Shown here piece by piece: positions 18,833 to 28,629 of a stretch of DNA of 64,000 bases. Position 1 is the first letter of the stretch. Each line of letters opens with the position of its first letter. The DNA comes from Candidatus Woesearchaeota archaeon (GTDB lineage: Archaea; Nanobdellota; Nanobdellia; Pacearchaeales; UBA284): assembly GCA_964354405.1 (NCBI GenBank), contig CAYGZP010000001.1:84879-148878 (forward strand), given 5' to 3'. The notes beneath the pieces were generated by a model. The model made no database searches. It saw nothing but the letters and a program-made list of their open reading frames with translations, and was not told the DNA's origin. The translations under genes and the position numbers were made by a program.

Positions 18833-19318
18833 ATGATTGAAAGAACTTTAGTCTTAATCAAGCCAGATGGGGTTGCCAGAAGTTTAGTTGGCGAATGTAT
18901 CTCTCGCTTTGAGAAAAGAGGCTTGAAGATAGTAGGAATGAAAATGCAATGGGTTGATGAGAAATTTGCCCAGGAACATTATAAAGTCCACTCAAACAAA
19001 CCATTTTTTAAAAGTCTTGTGCAATTCATAATCGAAGGCCCTGTAGTTGCGATAGCAATAGAAGGAATTAACGCAGTCCAAGTTGTAAGAAAAATTACCG
19101 GCGCCACATCGCCCCACGAAGCTCTGCCAGGAACAATCCGTGGCGACTTTTCACATTTAAGCATGGACTATGCTGACGAGCAAGGAATCGGGGGCAAAAA
19201 TCTTATCCATGCTTCAGGAACAAGCGAAGAGGCCAAGCAAGAACTAGATTTATGGTTCAGCAAGAGCGAATCACACAGTTATAAAACAATTTTCGAGGAA
19301 CACATAGAAAAAAAGTGA
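18833..19318 (+). CDS. ndk: nucleoside diphosphate kinase
   Basis: NDK fold blocks (ERTLVLIKPDGV, the Kpn loop, an NxxH active-site region). Confidence 0.85.
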   Translation: MIERTLVLIKPDGVARSLVGECISRFEKRGLKIVGMKMQWVDEKFAQEHYKVHSNKPFFKSLVQFIIEGPVVAIAIEGINAVQVVRKITGATSPHEALPGTIRGDFSHLSMDYADEQGIGGKNLIHASGTSEEAKQELDLWFSKSESHSYKTIFEEHIEKK

Positions 19319-19336
19319 ACAAAAAGTGAAAACAAA

Positions 19337-19456
19337 ATGAAAACAAACAAAAAAGATAAAGAAAAAGAGGCAAAAGAATTAGAACTTGACGAATCGCTTC
19401 AAGAAAAATATGAAGATAAAGAGATTGTTGAAGCAATTTGCCGTTATATTGGATAA
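19337..19456 (+). CDS. small acidic protein (39 aa), hypothetical
   Basis: Unannotated short ORF MKTNKKDKEKEAKELELDESLQEKYEDKEIVEAICRYIG in the ndk-HIT gap; speculative. Confidence 0.2.
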   Translation: MKTNKKDKEKEAKELELDESLQEKYEDKEIVEAICRYIG

Positions 19457-19483
19457 ACTCAAGTTTCTTGAGGATTTTTGAAG

Positions 19484-19882
19484 ATGACAGATTGCATTTT
19501 TTGTAAGATTGTGAAAGGCGAGATTCCTTGTTACAAAGTTTATGAAGACGAAAACTTTTTTGCTTTTCTTGATATTAATCCATTAAATCCCGGCCATACT
19601 CTCCTTGTATCCAAAAAACATGTTCAATGGGTTGATGATTATGAGCCTTTCTGTGATTATTGGAAGACCGCAAGAAAATTATCAAAGGTCATTAAAAAAG
19701 CCGTGAATTGCGTTCTAGTTTCTTATGTGGTCTATGGCTTAGGAGTCCCGCATGCACATATTCATTTGATCCCAAAATTCAAGAACGATGCTCATCCTGC
19801 GGGGCCAGACCCTACAAAAGTTATGAAAATTTCTCCAGATGAGATGAAGAAAATCGCTGCTAAGATAAAGAATTCTTTATAA
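19484..19882 (+). CDS. HIT-family (histidine triad) nucleotide hydrolase
   Basis: C-x-x-C N-terminus and the HAHIHLI histidine triad. Confidence 0.75.
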   Translation: MTDCIFCKIVKGEIPCYKVYEDENFFAFLDINPLNPGHTLLVSKKHVQWVDDYEPFCDYWKTARKLSKVIKKAVNCVLVSYVVYGLGVPHAHIHLIPKFKNDAHPAGPDPTKVMKISPDEMKKIAAKIKNSL

Positions 19883-19904
19883 ATCTCAGCACATTGAAAG
19901 AAAT

Positions 19905-21431
19905 ATGGAATTAGGGGCAAGGGAATATCAGCTAAGCATCTTAGAGACTGCAAAAAAGCATAACACTCTCGTAGTTCTACCTACGGGATTGGGCAAAACA
20001 CTCATTGCACTGATGCTAGCTAAAGCGAGACTTGATAAGTTCCCCGACTCAAAGATCATCTTTCTCGCCCCCACAAGGCCCTTGACAGAACAACATTACA
20101 ATTATTTCAAAAAATATCTTCCCGGCTATGAGCAGCACATTTTCACAGGAAAAATCAATCCAAACCAAAGAACAAAGTTATGGCAGAGCGCGCAAATAGT
20201 CTTTTCAACACCCCAATGCATCGAGAATGATTTGAAAAATGAGTTGATTGACTTAAAACAAGTCTCCTTGCTTATCGAAGACGAGTGCCACAGATGTCTC
20301 AAGAACTATAGTTATGTTTATGTTGCCAAAGAATATTTGAAACAAGCCCGCGAGCCAAGATTGATAGGACTAACAGCTTCGCCAGGCAGCGATGCCCCCG
20401 TTATCAAGACAATCTGCAAGAACTTAGGCATAGATGCTGTTGAAATAAGAACTCGCGAGAGCAAAGATGTCAAATCCTATCTACAGAAACTTGAGAGCGA
20501 TGTAATAAAGGTTGAGCTTACAGAAGAGATGAAAGCAGTCAAATACTTGCTAAAGACAATTTATGACAGAAAAGTTGATGAACTGCAGAACAGAAAACTT
20601 TTGTTCGGAAGAACAACTAAAACAAATATCATAGAGCTGCAGAAAAGATTGATAAGACTGGTAACAACAGGCAACAAGCATTTCAATATTCTTAGGGGCA
20701 TGAGCATTTGCGCTCAGGCAATTAAAATACAGCATGCCCTTGAGATGTTAGAAACCCAAGGGATAGAGCAGTGTTATAATTATGTTAATGAAATTTTTAA
20801 TCAGGCTGATCAAAGCAAGAGCAAAGCAGTTCAGCAACTTGTAAACACAAAAGAGTTGGGGGATGCATATCTGATATTGACAAAACTTTTCCAAAATAAT
20901 ATTGAGCATCCAAAATTCGCAAAACTCAAGGAAGTGATGCAGAAAGAAATCAAGAACAAGCCAGAACTTAAGACAATAGTCTTCTCGCAATATCGAGACA
21001 CAGTTAACAAAATCCGAGATATCTTGAATGCAATGGGAATCAAAGCAAAAACTTTCATTGGCCAGGCAAAAAGAAAGACAAATGGCCTAACACAGATAGA
21101 ACAACAAGCCATATTGCGCGAGTTTTCACAAGGCAGAATCAATGCGCTCGTTTCAACTTCAATCGGCGAAGAAGGTTTGGACTTGCCTGAGGTTGACTTG
21201 GTTGTTTTTTACGAGCCGATTCCATCAGCAATAAGAAAAATTCAAAGAACAGGCAGAACCGCGAGATTAAAACCCGGAAAATTAATTGTTCTTGTGACAA
21301 AGGGAACAAGAGATGAGAGCAATTATTGGGCTTCGCATCACAAGGAGAAGAAAATGTACCGCGAGTTAGAAAACATGCAAAAAGGTTTCAATAAAAGCGA
21401 GCCATCACAAAAGAAACTCGAATCATTTTGA
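19905..21431 (+). CDS. hef: Hef-like SF2 helicase (helicase domain only, no nuclease)
   Basis: Motif I PTGLGKT, motif II DECH, motif VI QRTGRTAR; Hef/Dicer/FANCM-type insert between the RecA lobes; ends without an ERCC4 domain. Confidence 0.65.
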   Translation: MELGAREYQLSILETAKKHNTLVVLPTGLGKTLIALMLAKARLDKFPDSKIIFLAPTRPLTEQHYNYFKKYLPGYEQHIFTGKINPNQRTKLWQSAQIVFSTPQCIENDLKNELIDLKQVSLLIEDECHRCLKNYSYVYVAKEYLKQAREPRLIGLTASPGSDAPVIKTICKNLGIDAVEIRTRESKDVKSYLQKLESDVIKVELTEEMKAVKYLLKTIYDRKVDELQNRKLLFGRTTKTNIIELQKRLIRLVTTGNKHFNILRGMSICAQAIKIQHALEMLETQGIEQCYNYVNEIFNQADQSKSKAVQQLVNTKELGDAYLILTKLFQNNIEHPKFAKLKEVMQKEIKNKPELKTIVFSQYRDTVNKIRDILNAMGIKAKTFIGQAKRKTNGLTQIEQQAILREFSQGRINALVSTSIGEEGLDLPEVDLVVFYEPIPSAIRKIQRTGRTARLKPGKLIVLVTKGTRDESNYWASHHKEKKMYRELENMQKGFNKSEPSQKKLESF

Positions 21432-21465
21432 AAAGACTTTTAAATTCTTAATGTCTTGATTTTAT

Positions 21466-24400
21466 ATGAAAAAGGCACAGGTTAAACCCCGAGGGGTTAC
21501 TTTAGTAAAACGGCGCGATGGTTCGCTAGTTTCTTTTAATAGTTTGAAGATTGACAAGGCGATATTTAAGGCAATGAAAGCCTTAGACATGCATAATGAA
21601 AGAATAGCCAAGCAATTCACGCAGCAGGTTATTAATGCCCTTAATAAAAATATAAACCATTATGAAAAAGGCATTCCCACAGTTGAACAAATCCAAACCA
21701 CTGTAGAGCAAGTTCTTGAGAAAAATTATGAAAGATTGTTCAAAGTTTATTCTTTATACAGAAGATCAAGACATATCGCCAGAGAGCTCAGACAGTTTTT
21801 CAAAATCAAAGATGACTTGAAATTCAGCGCTAATGCGCTGAAAGTTCTTGAGGAGCGTTACTTGCTTAAGGATGATACTGGAAAAATCATTGAAACCCCG
21901 ACTGAAATGTTCAGAAGAATCTCTAGAGTAATCGCATTCGTAGATTCAAGATACAACAAAAGCAATGAGCAAGTAAAGAAAACCGAAGCTGAGTTCTTCG
22001 AAATGATGAAAAACTTGGAATTTTTGCCTAATTCTCCTACAATAATGAATGCCGGGACAAATTTAGGCCAGCTTTCAGCATGCTTCGTTCTTCCGATTGA
22101 AGACAGTTTAGAAAGCATTTTCACAACTCTCAAACACATGGCGCTTATCCAGCAATCAGGTGGGGGCACAGGCTTCAGTTTCTCAAAAATCCGGGCAGAT
22201 GGCGATATGGTAAAAAGTACTAAAGGAATTGCAAGCGGCCCAGTAAGTTTCATCAATATTTTCGACGCAACAACCGAAGTCATAAAACAAGGAGGTAAGC
22301 GCAGAGGCGCAAATATGGCAATATTACATTGCTCCCATCCTGATATCGAAAGATTTATCTTGGCTAAACAGAAAGAGAGACAATTGAGCAATTTTAATAT
22401 TTCTGTAGCAGCAACAGATGAATTCATGCAAGCTGCGCTTGAAAACAAATTGTTTTCATTAGTAAACCCAAGAACAAAAAAATCAGATAAAAAGATAAAC
22501 GCAAGAAAAACTTTTGAACTTTTATGCGATTCAGCTTGGCAGACAGGCGATCCCGGGATTGTTTTCATAGACGAAATTAACAGAAAACAACCCACACCCC
22601 TACTAGGGAAAATAGAATCTACTAATCCTTGCGTCGCTGAAGGCAGTCTTATTTCAACAAATGGGGGGTTAATTCCAATAGAAAAAATCCATAATCCTTA
22701 TTTTATCTCAACAATCAGTGGCTTAAATCCAATTTTATGGGCTGGAAAGACCGGAGTGAAAGAGGTCTTTAATATAAAAACTAATGCGGGATTCGAAATT
22801 AATGCAACAGCCGACCATAAAATATTAACTACTACTGGTTGGAAAGAAGCAGAAAAATTGACAAATAAAGATAAGTTGGTTTTAGGAAAATGTCCTTTTG
22901 GCAATATTAAAATTTCTAAAGAAGAAGCTCTTGCTTTGGGTTGGCTTATTGGAGATGGACATCTGACAAAAGATCAAAAAAAAGTAATTTTCTTTTTTAA
23001 TAAAGAAGATAAAAATGAAATGTTATCGCTAATTAAGCCTTATATGGACAAATTAAACAAAAAAGAAGTGAAAATAAGAGAAGAAAATAATGAAATAAGA
23101 ATAACCTATAGTTCAAAGATTGCAAAATTTTTCATAAATCTAGGAATAAGATACAAAAAAGCTAAAGAAAAAGAAATTCCATTAAAAGTATTTCAGATGG
23201 AGAAGGAATCTATAAAAAATATTCTTTCTGCCATATTTGGAGCAGATGGTTCTGTCCAAGGAAATAGGAAAAAGGGGATTAGTATTAGACTAGCCTCATC
23301 TTCATTAAAATTATTAAAGCAAATTCAACTACTACTTCTTCAATTTGATATTCTTTCAAAGGTTTATGAAAATAGAAGAAAAGCTGGAAAAAGAATTTTA
23401 CCCGATTCTAAAAGAAATCCAAAAGAATTTTTCTGTAATGCAGACCATGAATTGATAATCTCAAGAGAAAGCGCATTTAGATTTATGAAAGAAATAGGGT
23501 TTTCTATAGAAGCAAAACAAAAAAAATTTGAAAAAATAAAACCTTTTAAAATTTATAAAGATAATTTAGATTTATCAGTCAAAGAAATAAAGAAAATAGG
23601 AACAATGAAAGTTTATGATATAAGTGAGCCCAAAACACATTCCTTTGTTGCGAATGGTTTAATTGTCCATAATTGCGGCGAGGTTCCTTTGCTGCCTTTC
23701 GAATCTTGTAATCTTGGCTCGATAAACCTAAGCAAATTCGTAGCAAACAGCAAGATTGACTGGCAGAGGCTTCAGAAAACAATCCACAATGCGATACATT
23801 TTCTTGACAATGTCATAGATGCAAACAAATATCCTTTACTTGAGATAGAAAAAATAACAAAGGCGAATAGAAAAATTGGATTAGGCATCATGGGATTCGC
23901 AGATATGTTGATAAAATTACGCATTCCTTACAATTCTAATGAAGCTCTCGCACTTGCCGAAAAAATAATGGGGTTTATAACCAAAGAATCCCGAACAGCG
24001 TCAATAGTTCTTGCAAAGTCTAGAGGAAGTTTCCCAAATTTTGACAAAAGCATATGGAAAGGCAAAGTTCCATGCTTGAGAAACGCGACATGCACGACTA
24101 TCGCCCCAACAGGCTCAATATCCATCATCGCGGGCTGCTCAAGCGGCATCGAACCATTATTTGCGATGGCTTATGTCCGAGAGATAATGGAAAAAAAGCG
24201 TTTTGTTGAAATCAATCACGATTTTCAGATAGAATTAATCAAAAAAGATTTGTTCAACGATGCTCTAATAAGAAAGGTAGCTTCAACAGGTTCAATACAA
24301 AAAGTTCCATTACCTCGGGACTTGAAAAAAGTTTATGTCACAGCTTTAGACATCTTGCCAGAATGGCATGTGAAGATGCAGGCAGCATTTCAAAAACATA

Positions 24401-24624
24401 CAGATAATGCAGTCAGCAAAACAGTCAACTTGCCACAGAATGCGAAGCCTCAAGAAATCAGAAAAATTTTCTTATTGGCATGGAAACTCAAATGCCAGGG
24501 CATAACTATCTATCGCTATGGGAGCAAACCAGAACAAGTTCTTTATCTCGGCAAGGGAAGAAAGCTAACAAAAGCGGAGTTGCATTACTCAGGCGGCTCA
24601 GCCTGCGTCGAGTGTTCTATATAA
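21466..24624 (+). CDS. nrdJ: ribonucleoside-triphosphate/diphosphate reductase, class II (adenosylcobalamin type) with ATP-cone, interrupted by an intein
   Basis: N-terminal ATP-cone (VKRRDGSLVSFN...KI); class II finger-loop motif NPCGE reconstituted across the intein (..STNP | intein | CGEVPL..); conserved C-terminal glycyl-free RNR core. Confidence 0.8.
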   Translation: MKKAQVKPRGVTLVKRRDGSLVSFNSLKIDKAIFKAMKALDMHNERIAKQFTQQVINALNKNINHYEKGIPTVEQIQTTVEQVLEKNYERLFKVYSLYRRSRHIARELRQFFKIKDDLKFSANALKVLEERYLLKDDTGKIIETPTEMFRRISRVIAFVDSRYNKSNEQVKKTEAEFFEMMKNLEFLPNSPTIMNAGTNLGQLSACFVLPIEDSLESIFTTLKHMALIQQSGGGTGFSFSKIRADGDMVKSTKGIASGPVSFINIFDATTEVIKQGGKRRGANMAILHCSHPDIERFILAKQKERQLSNFNISVAATDEFMQAALENKLFSLVNPRTKKSDKKINARKTFELLCDSAWQTGDPGIVFIDEINRKQPTPLLGKIESTNPCVAEGSLISTNGGLIPIEKIHNPYFISTISGLNPILWAGKTGVKEVFNIKTNAGFEINATADHKILTTTGWKEAEKLTNKDKLVLGKCPFGNIKISKEEALALGWLIGDGHLTKDQKKVIFFFNKEDKNEMLSLIKPYMDKLNKKEVKIREENNEIRITYSSKIAKFFINLGIRYKKAKEKEIPLKVFQMEKESIKNILSAIFGADGSVQGNRKKGISIRLASSSLKLLKQIQLLLLQFDILSKVYENRRKAGKRILPDSKRNPKEFFCNADHELIISRESAFRFMKEIGFSIEAKQKKFEKIKPFKIYKDNLDLSVKEIKKIGTMKVYDISEPKTHSFVANGLIVHNCGEVPLLPFESCNLGSINLSKFVANSKIDWQRLQKTIHNAIHFLDNVIDANKYPLLEIEKITKANRKIGLGIMGFADMLIKLRIPYNSNEALALAEKIMGFITKESRTASIVLAKSRGSFPNFDKSIWKGKVPCLRNATCTTIAPTGSISIIAGCSSGIEPLFAMAYVREIMEKKRFVEINHDFQIELIKKDLFNDALIRKVASTGSIQKVPLPRDLKKVYVTALDILPEWHVKMQAAFQKHTDNAVSKTVNLPQNAKPQEIRKIFLLAWKLKCQGITIYRYGSKPEQVLYLGKGRKLTKAELHYSGGSACVECSI
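22630..23673 (+). mobile_element. intein (348 aa) with LAGLIDADG homing endonuclease, inserted at the catalytic Cys of the RNR
   Basis: Begins with Cys (CVAEGSLI, block A), TADH block B, two LAGLIDADG-like blocks (LALGWLIGDGHL and LSAIFGADGSV), ends ...GLIVHN followed by +1 Cys of the CGEV extein; in frame. Confidence 0.75.
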
Positions 24625-24648
24625 AAATAAAATTCAGATAATAGATAA

Positions 24649-24927
24649 TCACAACAGACTAAAAACTCCTTTCTGGCCTATCGCCAATGCAGCAATAACT
24701 AAAATTAAAGCATTCACACTGAAAAATATTGCAAACAAGAGCATTAATGCAATAATTACATCAATTATGCTTCCGATGTCTAGAGTAAAGATAAAAGGGA
24801 GGGATTTAACAACCAAAACAACAATCATAACAATCAACAGCAACGCAGGCATATTAACTTCCAAAGCTAAAAGGAACAAAACTAAAGCCACAAACAAATC
24901 AAACCCTCCGAGTATCTTAATAAGCAT
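24649..24927 (-). CDS. small membrane protein (hypothetical)
   Basis: Three hydrophobic helices; ORF only. Confidence 0.3.
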   Translation of the reverse strand: MLIKILGGFDLFVALVLFLLALEVNMPALLLIVMIVVLVVKSLPFIFTLDIGSIIDVIIALMLLFAIFFSVNALILVIAALAIGQKGVFSLL

Positions 24928-24960
24928 ACATATTATAAGTCCTGTTTATTTTAAAACTTT

Positions 24961-25590
24961 ATGATTGTAGTTGATAAAAGAGAAAAGAACTCACTAGTGT
25001 TAGCAGAGCTCATTGACCATCATCATGAGATAAAACTCGAGCAGCTTGAAGTCGCGGATTACATCATTGGCCAAGTTGCCGTTGAAAGAAAAACTCTTGC
25101 AGATTTCGTATCAAGCATGCTTAACAAGCGGCTTTTAAGACAATTAGAAGAGCTAAAACAGTTCCCCAACCCCCTATTAATAATCGAAGGCATAGATGAT
25201 CATCCACTTTATGAGTTTGGCAAGCTTAATCCTAACGCAATTCGCGGGATGATGCTCTCAATTATGTTAGAGTTCAAAATTCCAATTGTTTTGACAAGAA
25301 ATTCAGCCGACACCGCAGAATTTCTCATTTTAATTGATAAAAGACAGGCGAGGGGAGAAAAAGAAATCTCACTCAAAGCAAAAAGAAAAGCTTTCAATCT
25401 CGCACAACAGCAGCAATTTATTCTTGAAAGCTTTCCAGGAATCGGCCCAGCAACAGCTAAAGCACTATTAAAAAAATTCAAAACCGTCAAGGCAGTGATG
25501 AATGCTAAAGATAAAGATTTAGAAAAAATAATAAACAAAAATAAAATCTTCACACTAAAGAAAATTATCACTGCAAGGTATATTCCTTGA
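24961..25590 (+). CDS. ERCC4-type nuclease (XPF/Hef nuclease domain) with C-terminal HhH2
   Basis: ERCC4 catalytic signature (VVDKREK...ADY..G...VERKTLADFVSS) and a C-terminal helix-hairpin-helix pair (GIGPATAKALL). Confidence 0.7.
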   Translation: MIVVDKREKNSLVLAELIDHHHEIKLEQLEVADYIIGQVAVERKTLADFVSSMLNKRLLRQLEELKQFPNPLLIIEGIDDHPLYEFGKLNPNAIRGMMLSIMLEFKIPIVLTRNSADTAEFLILIDKRQARGEKEISLKAKRKAFNLAQQQQFILESFPGIGPATAKALLKKFKTVKAVMNAKDKDLEKIINKNKIFTLKKIITARYIP

Positions 25591-26104
25591 TTGTCTCATA
25601 TATTGGCCCTGCCTTTGTAAGCTCGGATTTCTTCAGCGCGAACTTTGTAATCTCAAATTCAATTGGATTAATCTTTATATCTTGGAGTTTTTTGGAAAAT
25701 TCCTCTTTATTCTGGATAAATCTGACTCTGGTCAGTGTTATATGAGATTCAAACGACTGATCTTTCTTGATTCCTTCTTTCTCTAAAACAGCATCAATTT
25801 TTTTGTGAAGTTCTTTGACTTTTTCTATCGGTTCAAGAGCAATCCAAACAACCCGCACAAATGTGGGCAAGGGAAAAACTCCTATCTTGCCCAAACTTGC
25901 CTTAAACTTTCCAAATTTAACTTGATCCAATGTATCTTTTATTTTATTAACTTGAGAATCGTCGATTTCTCCAAAGAATTTTAAAGTCAAATGCAAATTC
26001 TCTGGCTCAATAAGTTTCATGCTGGCGTCAGGAAGCTGTTTCTGCAATTTTAATAACTCTTCTTTTATTTCTTTCGGAAGCTCGATAGCAAGAAAACATC
26101 TCAT
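25568..26104 (-). CDS. RNA 2',3'-cyclic phosphodiesterase (LigT/ThpR, 2H family)
   Basis: Two H-x-T-x motifs (HLTL and HITL) at the expected spacing. Confidence 0.7.
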   Translation of the reverse strand: MRCFLAIELPKEIKEELLKLQKQLPDASMKLIEPENLHLTLKFFGEIDDSQVNKIKDTLDQVKFGKFKASLGKIGVFPLPTFVRVVWIALEPIEKVKELHKKIDAVLEKEGIKKDQSFESHITLTRVRFIQNKEEFSKKLQDIKINPIEFEITKFALKKSELTKAGPIYETIKEYTLQ

Positions 26105-26105
26105 C

Positions 26106-26711
26106 TTAATAATTATGCAACTTAACTTTTGCGCTGACTGTTTTGATATTATGATCTTTAATTTCCGCTTTTGTCAAGCCTATAAGAACACAACATCCAA
26201 TTAAAGCTAAAATCCCCACAGCTGCAAAAACTGGAGTGAATCCTATTTTAGTGACCAACTGCGAGCCCACAAAAGCTGCAAGGGCAGTTCCAATCCCAAC
26301 ACTCGACGAGTAGATGGACCATTCCCATCCTCGTGCTTTTTTATTCAAATTTGCCGCGAACAATGAAAACCATGCAGGGTTTGCCAATCCAGCCCCGAAA
26401 CCCTGGACTGCGGCAGCAATAAAGATATGATTCACATTAGTTGAAAAAATATAAATAAATGGAACCGCTGCAATGAAAAAAGTTCCTAGGATAACCATAG
26501 GATATCTGTGTTTGGGTTTAGCAACATTTGCAAAAACAAGCTGTAAAACACATCGGATAAATGTGGTTATAGCAATCGCGATTCCTGCAGCCGCAATACT
26601 GCCTCCAATCAAATTCTCTTTGATGAAAATTGCCATTATAGGCGCAATCAACCCAAATCCAGTTAATACAAATATATCTGAAAACACAAGCAACTTCAAA
26701 GTTCTATTCAT
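26106..26711 (-). CDS. MFS-type transporter, six-TM half-size (or truncated)
   Basis: Six TM helices with an MFS-like charged loop; only about 200 aa. Confidence 0.45.
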   Translation of the reverse strand: MNRTLKLLVFSDIFVLTGFGLIAPIMAIFIKENLIGGSIAAAGIAIAITTFIRCVLQLVFANVAKPKHRYPMVILGTFFIAAVPFIYIFSTNVNHIFIAAAVQGFGAGLANPAWFSLFAANLNKKARGWEWSIYSSSVGIGTALAAFVGSQLVTKIGFTPVFAAVGILALIGCCVLIGLTKAEIKDHNIKTVSAKVKLHNY

Positions 26712-26716
26712 TTTTC

Positions 26717-27418
26717 TTAGCTCGATTCCTCTTTCTTAATCAAATATTTAATCAGCTTTGCTGCTAGATTAACAGTTTTATTGTTTAAATCCTTTTCGGG
26801 ATTGACCTCAATTAAGTCAATGGCTTTTGTCTTGTCTTTAATCTTATCGAGCAAATCATAAAACTCCTTGATTTTCATTCCATTTGACTCTAGATAACCA
26901 GTCCCTGGCGCGATTGCAGGATCTAAAACATCAATATCAATGCTAAGATAAATATCAAAATTCTCCCGTAAATTAAGCTTGTTAATCTCTATTTCTTTTC
27001 TTTTGCTCAAAAACGTTTTTTCTTCTGGCTCTATCTTCCTTAAGCCCAACAGAACAATTTTATCAAAAAGTTTTTCTTCTATAATTGCCCGCAGCCATTC
27101 CTCATGACTAGGCTCTGGCATCGGTTTCATACAGTCCGCATGAGCATCAAAAATCACAAGACATTTTTTCCTCTTCGCACATTTAGCAAATGCCTTAGCA
27201 AGAGGATAAGATATTGAGTGATCCCCGCCGATAAACAAAACTCTCTCGCCTTTCTTTAGAATCTGAACTGCCCTTTTAGAAATTTTTTCCAAAGATTCTT
27301 TTACATTATCATTATCAACTTTAATTTCTTCAGCATTTTTTGCAAGAATATTGGGCGCTTTTTCACATCCTTTAGTCTTGCCTAATCCATTGATAAAAGG
27401 AACCTTGACAATTAACAT
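26717..27418 (-). CDS. arginase/agmatinase (ureohydrolase) family protein
   Basis: Mn-binding motifs GGDHSIS, DAHAD and SIDIDVLDP. Confidence 0.7.
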   Translation of the reverse strand: MLIVKVPFINGLGKTKGCEKAPNILAKNAEEIKVDNDNVKESLEKISKRAVQILKKGERVLFIGGDHSISYPLAKAFAKCAKRKKCLVIFDAHADCMKPMPEPSHEEWLRAIIEEKLFDKIVLLGLRKIEPEEKTFLSKRKEIEINKLNLRENFDIYLSIDIDVLDPAIAPGTGYLESNGMKIKEFYDLLDKIKDKTKAIDLIEVNPEKDLNNKTVNLAAKLIKYLIKKEESS

Positions 27419-27429
27419 TTTCAGGAAAT

Positions 27430-28629
27430 TTATTTTGGCACAACAGCCGCGAACGCATAATTCTTTATTTTTGCTATAGCTTTGACATCCTCAAGCTTGA
27501 CGTCTGAGATTTTCTCATCATATTCATAAAAATCTTCTGCTTGGGTTGCGATTTCCTGGAATGTAATAGCAGCAGCGGTTTTCTCGCTATCTTCCAAGTC
27601 CAATTGCCAGTTTCCAATGCATTGCTCCTTGGCTTCCTCCAAGTCTCTCGAATTCAAATTTTTAAATTTAGACAATTCTTTTAATATAATTTCTCGAACT
27701 TTCTTCAAATTCTCCTTATTGATGCCTGCATAAACAATGCAATGCCCATAATCGCGTTCATTCTCGATAAAGCTCTTTATTGTGTAAGCCCATCCTCGTT
27801 TTTCTCGGACTTCCTGGAAAAGCCATGAGGACATTCCTTGTCCAAAAATCCCATTGAATATATCCGCAGAATGTTTTTGTTTATCGCTTAATTTAGCTGA
27901 ATTGAAAGCCAATGTCAAATGAGCCTGATCAATGTCTTTTCTCTTCTCAATAAACTCATTATTCTTTCCAGCAGGAAGAATATTTAATTTAGGCATGGGA
28001 TTTTTATAAGAATTAATATTTTTCTTGGCAATATCTTCAATTTCTTCTATGTCTGCATCGCCTACAACCGCGATTACAGAATTTTCCGCGCCATAGAACT
28101 TATCATGCCATCTTGCAAAAGTATTTCTGTTAAAACTCGTAACAGTCTCCTTGCTACCCAATACAGGCAAGGCAAATGGCTTTCTATAAAGAAGCTCTTT
28201 AATTTTATCAAACAAAAAGTTCATTGGCATGTCATGAGTTCTCTTTATCTCGGAAACAATCACTCCTTTTTCTTTCCCAAGTTCCTTAGAATCAAACTTT
28301 GGATTTGAGAACATATCAAAAATAATATCTGCTCCGAGTTTTGCCTGTTTCGATGGCATCTTGCACCAAAATGCAGTAATCTGCTCTGCAGTGAAGCCAT
28401 TTAAGATTCCCCCTGCTTTTTCTATAGCGCTTGAGATAGTTTTTTGCCCCCGTGTCTTCGAACCCTTGAATAACATATGCTCTGTAAAATGTGCTATTCC
28501 TTTATTTTTCTCGTTCTCATAGGCTGCTCCGGCCCTTGTCGCAGCAATGATAGTCACGACAGGAAGATTTCTTTTCTCAAACAACAAGGTTGCGCCATTC
28601 TTCAGCCTCTTTTTATAAAACTCAGCCAT
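27430..28629 (-). CDS. M16-family (pitrilysin/insulinase-like) zinc peptidase
   Basis: Inverted zincin motif HFTEH (HxxEH) near the N-terminus; typical length. Confidence 0.7.
   Translation of the reverse strand: MAEFYKKRLKNGATLLFEKRNLPVVTIIAATRAGAAYENEKNKGIAHFTEHMLFKGSKTRGQKTISSAIEKAGGILNGFTAEQITAFWCKMPSKQAKLGADIIFDMFSNPKFDSKELGKEKGVIVSEIKRTHDMPMNFLFDKIKELLYRKPFALPVLGSKETVTSFNRNTFARWHDKFYGAENSVIAVVGDADIEEIEDIAKKNINSYKNPMPKLNILPAGKNNEFIEKRKDIDQAHLTLAFNSAKLSDKQKHSADIFNGIFGQGMSSWLFQEVREKRGWAYTIKSFIENERDYGHCIVYAGINKENLKKVREIILKELSKFKNLNSRDLEEAKEQCIGNWQLDLEDSEKTAAAITFQEIATQAEDFYEYDEKISDVKLEDVKAIAKIKNYAFAAVVPK

Noticed and set aside
21858-22595. 245-aa minus-strand ORF inside the RNR gene
   Set aside because: Antisense to the conserved RNR N-terminal half; long only because AT-rich antisense frames here lack stops
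24560-24624. C-terminal GGSACVECSI of the RNR considered as a second intein junction or thioredoxin-like tail
   Set aside because: The gene ends here; it is the usual C-terminal Cys pair of RNRs
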